A stretch of DNA of 64,000 bases from Eledone cirrhosa (Eukaryota). The translations under genes were made by a program, and so were the position numbers. This document shows, in pieces, positions 51,023-62,397 of this stretch. Within the stretch, counting starts at the first letter, position 1. Each line of letters starts with the position of its first letter. Below the pieces are notes generated by a model. That model worked only from the letters and a program-made list of their open reading frames with translations, searched no databases and was not told the origin of the DNA. The stretch lies in the NCBI GenBank assembly GCA_964016885.1, contig OZ024749.1:744001-808000 (forward strand), written 5' to 3'.

Positions 51023-54000
51023 CCTTGCTGCTTGGAGTCTGAAAGGTCAACACACAGTCATGTAATGGTGAGAATTTCACTTTGGCCTCTTGGCCTCCTT
51101 AGGCCTTAGCAAATGCCACATTCACTTCTCAACTTAACTCTTTGTAATTAGTTGTGAATAAAACATGTAAAGACTTTACGGCTAATTCCACAAACATTCA
51201 CTAATCTCAAGTTTAACAAAACCACACCTTTCCTGTTACAACAAATACACATCATTATAATTCTTCCTGGTGATATTATTATTATTAGTTTTCTGCTAAA
51301 GTGGTGACCCCCGACGGAGGAATATTTAAGTACGAAAATGTTCCTTTAAAAAAAAAATAGCAGTATTTGAAAAAATTTCAACACGAACATGAGGACAATA
51401 TTTTCAAAATGACTATCACCAAATACTTCTCTACTTCCAACAGCAACTGACGCAACATAGTGACACCTTTGTAGTTATACCGCCGCAACTACCACCACAA
51501 CGGATAGCAGCCACCTACAGCTTCTGGTAACACATTTACCACAGCTTCGACACGGCTACAATGACAACTTTGGTGCCATCAGCAGCAGCGACAACATTGG
51601 TTAACCACTAACCATAAACAACGCATGGTGAATTTGACTTCGATTCTACTGAAGATTTACCGTGACTTCGCTTCGATAGCAACAACAACAACAATTCTAC
51701 TAGCTTCCTAGTAAGAGCAACAATTATCCCAAAGAAAAGAAAAAGTGAACTTTTTGGTAAAAAAAAATAATTCCTTTTCTTTTTTTCAAGGCAATGTTTG
51801 GACATTTATTTCTTTTAACCCCTTAGCATAGGCATTAATTTTCAAACGTCATGCTTATCTGTTCGCATTATTTAGAGTTAAGGCGGTGGATTGGCAGTAT
51901 TGGTAGAGGGTCTGACGCCATGCTTTGCAGCAAAGAGTTATGATCTGAGTTCAAATCCCGCCGAGGTTAACTTTGCCTTTCATCCTTACGGGGTCGATAA
52001 AATAAAGTACCAGTAATACACTGGGAAAATTGCTGGCCTTGTGCCAAAAGTAGAAACAATTATTTTAAGTTAATCATACTCAAGAGGGTTATCAATTTTA
52101 TTTGTTTGTAATTTTCTTAATTTTCTAGGTGCAGGCTTGAAATTTTGTCAGTAGATGTTTAAATATCAATAATTTATACAATTATATAATTTTACCTGAT
52201 TTTTTTTGTCAAATTTAACTTTTATGGGCAGGTGAAATTAATTAATCAAAAACATTTGAAGTATCAACCAGGTGCAAATACTGGTTTAATTTAAAATACG
52301 TTGTTTTCAGCATAATACTTGATATATAAGGATCACCAAACCGTGCTCCAGTAATTCCACGGTCTTGGAAATTGTTTTATACCGAACATAATATTTACGG
52401 TAAAAAATGGCTTGCATTTCCGCAGCATCTGTCGGTCGCCATAACAGAACGGGTTTTCCGCGATTTGAAATCTGTTGTTGGGCATATCGATTAATCTCTT
52501 CTGCCAAAACTTCGAAGAAAGTTTGTGGTAAAAACAAAAAGAAATAATCCAGTGCTTTAGTATCGGGAAGTAATGTGTGTTGTGGACCAGTATTTTGAAT
52601 AAAATCAGGAACATATATTGGTGTGGTATTTTTCAACCACGTTGCTGTAATATTTTCAATGGCATCCTGGAGACCTCCATTTTCACTTTCAAAATAATCA
52701 TCGTCGGATGAAATTTCAGAAATATAAACATCAGATTTATTTGAAGATAAATCACTAATATTATTGTTTATTTCTTGTTTATTCTGAATGTTGTCGTGTG
52801 TAAAACCTTCAAAGTCGGTATCGCTACTTTCATAAGCCATGTTGATACAAAAAAAAAAAAATATTGTTGCACTTTCGAAGTTAAAAAAACACTTGTTTCA
52901 CTATATTAAGTGTTCATTTTCGCAGTAAGGGCCTAATCTCGCAGTAATCTCGAATTGACGAGATTTTGATGATGGTTTGTTTATTTTTAGAACCATTTTT
53001 TAGTGTGGGTGTTTTCGGACGGTTTGACCAAATGAAGGGGAAATAATTTCAGGCGGTTTGAACATTAAAGGGTTAAACTGTATTATATGAAAATTCATTT
53101 TTTTTCTCTATCATTGTATATATGACTGCACGCACACATTTTCTTTGCTGTATTACATGCCTGCATATGCACACACACCAACATGTTGTTGTCTATAGTA
53201 CATGATCTTCAAGTGTAACAACCTCCATCTTGTTACTTTACCCGACTCACTGGGAAAACAACAAATGGAACTGGACCTGTCAGCATTTCCACCATTTCTC
53301 CTATGGATTCGCCAGAATTATGGAATTACTGCTACTACCCACCTACAGATTCAACTTGCTTTTTTTTTCTTTTCAAAGCAACTAGCCATTTTTTCCTGGC
53401 TGCCTAGCACTTCCAGCAATTCATCTGGGAGGCCGACAATTTCTCGCCTACCCATCATCTTCTTGCCAGCTCTGCTACAACATTTACCATAACAGCATCA
53501 TCATTGACAACAGCTACTGGTAAACTACCATAACAGCTAACATTTAATGCAAGAACAGCAACTTTGCCCATGTCAGACTTTATCCGTTTTCTGTTAGACC
53601 CCGAGTGGTCACGCATAAATAGCAAAACAGCTAGTCATTTGACACAGTGGCTCAACACGGCCCTTAGCGCCTCATTTTTCTTCTTGCATGCATTCTTTTG
53701 TTCAATCTTTTCATTGATGTGCTCTTTCAGCATTTTTCCTGCTGATTAAGTTTTATATATCGTCTTGCGACTAGATAGTGGGTATTGTAGTGACCTACAT
53801 TCCGAGGGCTCATGGATTCATTCTCCGTGCGTTGTTTGGCTCAGTTCAGCCAATCGCCGCCAGCGTAGGAGAATGTATCTCGACTTCCGCCCCAGAGGGA
53901 AAAATTCCCGCGACGATTCATAAATCTCTCCCTTGCTGCTTGGACTCTGAAAGGTCAACACAGTCATGTAATAGTGAGAATTTCACTTTGGCCTGTCGGT

Positions 54001-54260
54001 CTCTTTGGGCCTGGCACAATGCCTCATTCACTTCTTAACTCTTAATAATGTTTGTCCTTTACTTTGACATGTCCACTCAACTTAACTCTTTGTAATTAGT
54101 TGTGAATAAAACATGTAAAAAATGTTAACGAAGACTTTACGACTAATTCCACAAACATTCACTAATCTCACGTTTAACAAAACCACACCTTTCCTGTTAC
54201 AACAAATACACATCATTATAATTCTTCATTGTGATATTATTATTATTAGTTTTCTGCTAG
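51023..54260 (+). mobile_element. Non-autonomous LTR element with truncated 5' LTR and nested piggyBac
   Basis: Partial LTR 51023-51300, PBS TGGTGACCCCCGACG, degenerate interior, 3' LTR 53786-54260. Confidence 0.85.
51819..53072 (-). mobile_element. Non-autonomous piggyBac element carrying a SINE
   Basis: TTAA TSDs at 51815 and 53073; ORF 52307-52840; SINE at ~51880-52065. Confidence 0.93.
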
Positions 54261-54709
54261 ACATGCTTTACCTCACATAATAATATCGAATCTATGAGAT
54301 TTTGATATTTATTTTGAGAACAATACCTGAACATCAGTATAAGTGGCTGGCTACAGCCGGTTTGAACAGAAAGTGGTGATATAATTGTGGCCGGATATGG
54401 TTGGTTTGCTAAAGAGTTAAAGTAGTTAACATTAGGAAGGGTATCCAGCTGTTTTATGAAAAGCAAGGTGAATAAAATGCCTTGCTCAAGAACATGTGCT
54501 ACCCAGTCCAGGAATGAAACCCATGACCTTATGATCCTAAGTCAAACACCCTAACCACAAGGCCACATGCCTTCATGCAAATATGGAAAAACAGATATAA
54601 AAATGGTTGTTGATGATGATGATCACGTTTACAATTACTTCTTTAAATCTCATAGCTGTTACATATATAAATTAAATCCCAGCAGAAATATATTTAAAAT
54701 TCAACTCAC

Positions 54710-54917
54710 ATCAGAAGCCTGACAGCTGTCTGATAAAATGACTGCTTTTTCTGTGGAAGTTTTCAACAGGCAAATGCTGGAGCTACTGTCAAGACTGTTA
54801 TCTGTTAGCGGACCAACACCCAGTTCTTTGTACATGTAGTTTTCGGAATCAGTTAGCCAAACCTCTTTTTGTTTTGAAGCCGGGTGGCCTGCTAAAGATC
54901 CGCTGGCTTTGCGCTTT
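54710..54917 (-). CDS. SKP2: SKP2 exon, N-terminal region
   Basis: cag|...|gtgagt, 208 nt. Encodes KRKASGSLAGHPASKQKEVWLTDSENYMYKELGVGP...QASD; the W...LGV spacing resembles the SKP2 N-terminus. Ends in phase 0. Confidence 0.75.
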
Positions 54918-55818
54918 CTGTGGAGCAGAGAATTAAAAGAGAATATGGTAAATGTTGTATAAATTTTTTTTTAAATGGGCAGAGGTTGTGAACTGATCTC
55001 AAATAGCAAAAGCTCAGAGAATATGATGAGTGAAAAAGACTTGTCAAACCCATGTAAGATGGAAAAGTGGACATAAAACAATGATGATGATAACTCTTTT
55101 GATACAAAACCTCTCCTGGTTCTTCTATGATATGAAACTATTTTTAAGTGTTTGTAGTATCTAAAACACCTCCATTATCTTAAAAATTAAGTCCTTTGGT
55201 CCTGCTTAGGATCCAGCTGTATCAATGAGACTGGAAGGTATGTTTGGGGACAAGGAATAAGTGGGCAAAGAAGCCCTTTGTTACACTAACTCAAAATGAA
55301 AAAGTTAGTTACATTACTAAATCGCTTTAAATTTCTGATTATTTAAAAATTATTTGAGAACTATAGGTAGTGTCTTTTGTTAGAAATATGACAATGAAAT
55401 GCTTAAAGTAGAATCAACATTTCACATTTTTTTATGCTTGGAATGATCATATCCAACACAACTTCCCTCCACATGCAGCATTCCTTCATCACTTCTGTAA
55501 GGTTCACCATTTTAAGATCATCTCTAATCCCCTCTGCCTAGGTGTTTTACGGTCTTCTACTGGAGTTTCCTTCCATTGGCATCACTAGGCACTTCTTCAC
55601 CCAGAGTTTATACACAACACATGTCCAATCCATCACAGCTTTCTTACTTCAACACTACATATGATCTATCTTATACCCAGCTTTTCTCCCACTTCACCCA
55701 CACCCCATTGTCCATGCCACTAACATTGCACAACCAACATACACACACATACATATATATATATATGAATGTACATAGTGCTATATTTAATAATATACTG
55801 TATGTTTATTTAAAAACA

Positions 55819-55883
55819 TTTTGAAGGCCTTTCGCTATGAATTTAAGGTAGTGACTGTAGTCACATACCTAGCTTCAGCAAAA
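55819..55883 (-). ncRNA. Hammerhead motif with deleted core
   Basis: TTTTG-CTGAA-GCTA...TAGC-GAAA-GGCC-T-T-CAAAA; stems intact but CUGANGA is 2 nt short. Confidence 0.5.
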
Positions 55884-55919
55884 ACAAAGGGAAAGATGTA
55901 GGCAGGCTGTCAAAGAACG

Positions 55920-56895
55920 TACATTGTATGTGGCCAATGTTCAGGTGCAGTAAGTAGCAAGTGCCCACAGGATACTAGCTCCTTCAACTGCCCAGATGGT
56001 TCTATAGAAATAGTAGACACTTTCCGTTACTTAGGTGATGAAATGAGCAGTGGAGGAGGGTACTATGAAAGTACTGTAGCCAGATTTAGAACAGGATGGA
56101 AAAAGTTCAGAGAGCTAATACCGCTGTTGGCCACAAAAGGTTTCTCTCTAAAAATGAAAGGCAGATTGTACGATGCTTGTATACTAACAGCAATATTACA
56201 TGGTAGTGAGACTTGGTCATTGTGTTCAGAGGACCTGCGCAGATTGGAAAAGAATGAAGCATGCATGCTCCATTGGATGTGTAATAGTAATATACACAAA
56301 TGGCAAAGCGTAAATGAAGTGAGAAACTAGACATAAGTGGGGTCAGATGCAGTATACTAAAGAGGAGTTTGCGTTGGTATGTTCATGTGATGCGCATGAA
56401 AGACGACAGCTGTATAAAAAGAGTGATCAGAATTGATAGAAACTATAGAGTAGGAAGACCTGGGACGAGGTTATAAAAGCTGACAATTGCTACTCTCAAA
56501 GACAATGACATAGGATCGAGATCTTTGGCATTATGCAGTAATATAGAAGATCCACTTTCCCTTGCACACGGACTCAAACATGCACCCAGTGGGTACCTCT
56601 TAATCCCCTATACCCCACCTTCCACTTCTGTCCACACCACCTTTACACTGTAAAGTTATGTTAGTACCACAAAAAACATCCAGCACACACTGTAAAGTGG
56701 TCATGTAAGAGTCACAACCAAAAGCACCCAGCACACACTGTAAATGTGGTTGGCATTAGGAAGGGCATCCAGTCGTAGAAATCGAGCCAGAAACAATCCA
56801 ATATGAGAGATACAGTCTGACCCAACTTGTCTCAAATGTGACAATCCGTTTAACCCATGCTAGAATGGAAAATGGACGTTAAATGATGATGATAC
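55920..56895 (+). mobile_element. RTE LINE 3' fragment
   Basis: GWKKFRELIPLL...LHGSETW plus 3' UTR and (ATG)n tail. Confidence 0.9.
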
Positions 56896-56899
56896 ACAT

Positions 56900-59885
56900 A
56901 TATCATTTTACATCCGCTTTTCCTTGCTTGCAAGGGTAGGACAGGTCCTTTTCAGCACAGCATATCTCCATTTACTGTCTTTTGTCATCTCCTCGGTGAG
57001 TTTCAGCGATCTAAGGTCAGCTCTCACCACCTCCGCTCATGTTTTTAGTGGTCTTCCTTCCACTGGGATTTCTTGGCACTTCTTTACACAGCAGTCATCT
57101 TCCATGTACATCACATGTCCACATCAACAGTCTTCTCTTCTGCACACCACAACTTATCCCTCTTATACACAATTCCACTCTCAACTCGTCTATACTTGGT
57201 CGTTCACGCACATCCACCAGAACATGCTTGCTTCATTTCTCTCCGGACGTCGCATAACCTCTGTAGTTGCTGCCTATGTCTCACTACCATGTAGCATTGC
57301 GCATGTCACGGAAGCATCATATAACTGGCTTTTCGTTCGTAGGGAGAAACCCTTCGTCGTCAACAGAGGAAGCATCTCCCTAAACTTCTTCCAACCCGTC
57401 CTTATTCTAGATACTATGGCCTTGGAGCACCCTCCTCCCATCCTAGGTACCGGAAGCTATCAACCACCTCTATAAATCCTACCAGCATTTCAAAAATATG
57501 TCTATCACTGCGACTTCTATCAAATTTCCCTGAACTGCATATGAAGTTTCCCTGCTATCCCACTACACTTCTTGTGTACTCAAGATCTACATTGTGTACA
57601 TTCTATAGAATTTACGCCAACTCCTTTTCTACATATTGAACATGGCCATTTCCCTGACGGAATCAGAGTTTTGTCCTCTTTTCTACTCATCAACACTTTT
57701 GTCTTAGCTAGGTTTACTCTCAGTCCTCTTGATTCCACTGCTGTTTCCATAGCCAGAATTTATTCTCTAGCTCCTCTACTGATTCTGCTATAAGTATCAG
57801 ATTGTCAGCATAGAGAAGTTCCCATAGACAGCCAGTCTTAAACTCCTCCGTTATGGCTTGGAGGACTATAATGAATAAGAGTAAGCTGAGGTCCGAACCC
57901 TGATGAACTACTTGCACCTGAAATTCCTCACTAAACTCCATTCCTACCCTCACTTTACTGACAGCACCTCTGTACAAAGCTTGCACTGTCCTCACACCTA
58001 GTTTCCTTAGGGACCACAAGATGACAGATCGGGGTACTCTATCAAAGCCTTCTCTAGGTCAACAAAAACTAAATATAAAATATAGTGGCTTATTCTTCTC
58101 TAAAAACCTCCCTTGTAGTTATCTCACTAAGAAGAGGGCATCTGTTGTACTTTTCCCAGGCACAAAACCAAACTGCATCTCATCTAATTTGACCCTTTCT
58201 CTAATATTCTCTCTGCCACTTTCATAACCTGATCCATCAGTTTTATGTCCATATAACTGCTCCTCTCCAGAGCATCCCCTTTACCTTTGTAGCAATTTGA
58301 GAATACTGCTGCACCAGTCTTTGGGTATGACACCTCCATATATAGCTTGATTGACTATGCATGCAACCAGTTTAGTTCCTACTTCTCCTGATGCCTTCAG
58401 CATCTCAGCAACTATCCCTGACGGTCCAGCAGCCTTACCACTTTTCATTTCCTTAATTGCCTCTTTGACTCTAGAGTCCTCAATCTCAATAGCTGGTCCC
58501 TCTGTCAGGTCTACTGGGGGTAGTTTCTCTCTCCCCCATTCATTCTCAACATTCATCAGTCTCTCAAATGACATTTCCAGGCCTCCCTTTTCTGAGCATC
58601 AGTGACACTAAGTACACCGGCATCATTCCGGACACACTTATCCCCAACAACATCCTGATTTACACTGACACACTGCCTTGCAATGCGGAACACCACACGT
58701 CTTTGATCTTCCCGTCAGAACATTGGCAAACCTCCTACTCTCAGCCTCCCTGCATGCTAAGTACACCTGACGTCTAGCTTCTTTCTTAGCGGCTGTATAT
58801 CTTTCTCTACTCCCACCCTTTTTCCAAGCGTTCCATGCTAGTCTTTTGTCTCTAATGGCCTTATCTACTGTGCTGTTCCACGACCATGTCACTCTCTGTC
58901 TGGTTGGAGCTCTGCTCCAGCCTCAAGTTTCTTCAATAGCCTGCAGTAAGTTAAGTTATCACGTAAGAAATTCCAGCTATCATCTATGTCAGACGACTCT
59001 AAATCGTTTTGGACACGCTTATCTCCAAGAACATCCTAATTTACACTGACACACACCTTGCAATGTGGAACACTGCACGTCTCTGATCTTCTCATTACAG
59101 AACATTGGCAAATCTCCTACTCTCGGCTTCCCTGCGTGTTAAGTACACCTGACAACTAGTCTCTCCCTTAGCAGCTGAGTATCGGTCTCTACTCCCTCCA
59201 TTTTTCCAATCCTTCCATGCTTGTCTTTAATGGCTCTATCTACCGTGCTATTTCACCACCAGGTTACCCTCTGTCTGGTTGGAGCTTTGCTCCAGCCACA
59301 AGTCTCTTCAGTTGCTTGCAGTAAGTTGTCACGTAAGAACTTCCAGTCATTATCTATGTCATACAATGCTAATTCATCTTTTTTATCGTCATGCACATCT
59401 TGCAGGGCTTTCCTGAATTTATATTTTAGTGAAAGGTCTTTTAGCTTCCACACCTTCCTGTGTGTCTCATTCTGTCTCTTACTGAGATGTCACTAACTAC
59501 TAACCTATGTTGGGGGCTATATTCTTCCCCAGGGTATGCCTTAATATTCAAAACCATCTGTCAATCTGGCTTATGTGCTCACCTGATTGGTAGGTTTCTT
59601 GAAGCTAGTGTTGCAAATGGTTAGTTCATTCGCATCACAAAATTCAAGAAGTCTCACTCTATTTCTTGAGCCATAACCATGACCACCATGTTCCCCAGTG
59701 TTTCCATCCTGGAACTGTCCAACATGACCATTGAAGTCACTTGCTATTATAACTAGGCCTCTGTCCTCTGACATTATGGTCTGCCATAGAAGTTGCTCGT
59801 AAAGGCAGTCCTCCTCTTTTTACCTAGGCTCGCTTGGGGAGCATAAGTAGAGATAATTGTCAGCAGTCTATTACCAACTAATCTA
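56900..59885 (-). mobile_element. RTE LINE, APE remnant to 3' end, degenerate
   Basis: Same family as 31369-33870: SDFNGHVG, GKAAGPSG, ELLYADNL; internal duplicated segment. Confidence 0.92.
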
Positions 59886-60236
59886 ATATATACATAAACA
59901 CACAGACACACACACACATATATATATATATACACGTATATATACATATATGTGTGTGTGCCGCTCATTATGATATTGTCTCAAACTCCCACACGGTCGA
60001 GTTAACACGAAAGTATAGTAACTGCTTTTAAGCAAACACTATAACCACTTTCAGTCAACCTTACCACCTGCCTGTCACCTCTCTATCCCGTATTAATTTC
60101 TCCCTCCACCTTTTGAGATATTTTTCACTGCTACAAGCGATTTAGTCCCCTTTCTTTACTGGTGTATCACATGGTAATTTCTCCCTCCACCTTGAGATTT
60201 TCTCACTTGCTGCTAACATATCTGGAAAGCACTCTC

Positions 60237-60338
60237 TCCCTGAGGAGTTCCTTGATAAGCTGGTGTGCCTCACAACAATATTGCACATCTATAATGTGAA
60301 ACTGTTGCAAACTGACCAGCGAAACTCTACAGTCGGGA
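60237..60338 (+). ncRNA. Type I hammerhead ribozyme, intact core, in a short element (~59960-60400)
   Basis: TCC-CTGAGGA-GTT...GCTGGT...ACCAGC-GAAA-CT ctac AG-T-C-GGGA; predicted GUC cleavage after 60334. Confidence 0.65.
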
Positions 60339-60419
60339 CTTTGAAGAAAAAATAGGTATATATGTGTCTATTAATTCTTCTTACTTTATAATTTGTTATA
60401 TATATATATATATGGGATA

Positions 60420-61500
60420 ACGCATAAAGATGTAGTGGGATCACAGGTAAGCTAACTAAGAATATAGATTTTATATGTGGCCGGTGCTCAGGTGCAATAA
60501 GTAGCATCAAGTGCCCACAGAATACTAGCTCATTCCATTGCACAGATGGTTCTATAGAAATAGTGGACACCTTCCGTTACCTGGGTGACAAAATCAGCAG
60601 TGGGGGAGGGTGCTCTGAAAGTACAGTAGCTAGAGTCAGAACGGGATGGAAAGAGTTCACAGAGCTTATACCACTATTGGCCGCTAAAGGGTTCTCTCTA
60701 AAAATGAAAGGCAGGCTGTATGATGCCTGCATATGAACAGCAATGTTACATGGCAGTGAAACCTGGGCATTGTGTGCAGAGGATGTACACAGACTGGAGA
60801 GAAACGAAGCTTGCATGCTCTGCTGGATGTGTAATAGTAATATACGTGAACGGCAAAGATTAAACGAACTAAGGGAGAAATTAGGAATAAGAGGGATCAG
60901 ATGATGTTTACTCGAGAGAAGACTATGTTGGTACGGTCACGTGATGCGCATGAAAGACGACAGCTGTATAAAAAAGTGCAGGGCAATAAAAATAGACGGT
61001 AGCCACAGAGTAGGCAGACCCAGAAAAACCTGGGACTTGATAAATTCTGACCTCACACACCTCTCCAAGACAATGTCACTGGACCGAGATCTTTGGCGTT
61101 ACACAGTTATACAGAGGACCCGCCTTGCCTAAGTACAAAGCGAAACCTACAGTCAGTAGGCACCTCTAACAAAATACACCCCCGTCCCACTACCCCCACC
61201 CCTTTCAATGTAAAGTTATGTTGGTACCACAACATCCAGTCCGAAACAAATGAGGTCGTGTAGGTGTCACGACAAAAAAACACAGTTCACGCTGTAATGT
61301 GGCCGTGTTGATAACATGGTAAAAACCTCCCAGTCCACACTGTAAACGTGGTTGGTGTTAAGAAGAGCATCCAGCCGTAGAAAACCCGCCAGACAGTCCT
61401 ATACGAGCAGGACAACAAACCTTGCCTCAAGTGGGAAAACTCCCGTCCAAACCCATGCAAGCGTGGAAGATGGACGTTAAACGATGATGATGATGATGAT
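60420..61500 (+). mobile_element. RTE LINE 3' fragment
   Basis: RT C-terminus (GRPRKTW...LWRY), 3' UTR subrepeats, (GAT)n tail. Confidence 0.9.
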
Positions 61501-61779
61501 GACATACATACATATATATATATATATATAAATATACACACACACACACACATATATTGAAATGAATCATGAAGAATAGCTCGTAATATCAATGAATAAT
61601 TAGGTCATTATGACTGCTGCTTTAAAGACAGGGAGGACCAGTGGATGATGGACAGGCTGCCTCTAAGACACAACACAATAATACAAAAAACTCAGTTTTG
61701 GCTGACTGATGAGTCCTTAAAATCAGTAAATGTGAGGAGTGGAAAAGGAGAGTGGCATGCAGATCCTTGTGATCTAAGA

Positions 61780-62352
61780 ACACAGGATCCTACATGATGA
61801 GCCCATGAAGAGAATGCTGACTGGAAAAAGGAACCAGCTCATCACCACATTAATTGTGAGGAACACAACTGATGCTGCAGTAGGAGGAGTGGCTTTTGTA
61901 TTAAGTACAAGAACCAATCTATTAGTGGAGATCAAACCTGTCTCTCCACAAGATTTGAGGGTGACCTTCAGTGGAAACCGAAGACTGGCTGTCTTCTCAG
62001 CTTATAGTTCAACCGAGGGGGTAGTGATGAGAGTGCAGGGGAGTTCTATGAGCTGTCAACACCACATAAGCTCACAACATCTTGCTTTGTTGTGCATGAC
62101 TTCAATGCACATCTGAGTAAGGAGAGCAGTGAATATCCCTTCTGGTACACTGTAAAGTAGACGTGTAAAAGACACGGCAAAAAGCAACCCACACTGTCAA
62201 TGTGGTTGGCATTAGGAAGGGCATCTAGCTGTAGAAAACCAGCCAGAAACACTCCTATATGAGAGAGACACGGTCACCCAACAAACTCGCCTCTAAATAG
62301 GACCCGCCTAACCCATGCTAGCATAGAAGATGGACGTTAATCGATGATGATG
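61780..62352 (+). mobile_element. Degenerate LINE endonuclease fragment followed by an RTE tail
   Basis: AAVGGVAFVLS..IKPVSP..VTFSGN..FSAYSST, then the family 3' end. Confidence 0.55.
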
Positions 62353-62392
62353 ATACACACGAACTGACGAGGAAAACACACCCCTAACTTAC

Positions 62393-62397
62393 ATCAT
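62393..62397 (-). CDS. SKP2: SKP2 candidate first coding exon (ATG AT)
   Basis: Minus strand reads CTCC-ATG-AT|gtaagt, a consensus donor. Phase 2 matches the next exon, giving M-I-K-R-K-A-S. No transcript evidence. Confidence 0.4.

Noticed and set aside
61700-61750. CTGATGAGTCC hammerhead-like start
   Set aside because: No complementary GGAC-GAAA or stems I/III found.
62363-62385. CTGACGA-GGAAAAC
   Set aside because: No stem II between the core segments; chance match.
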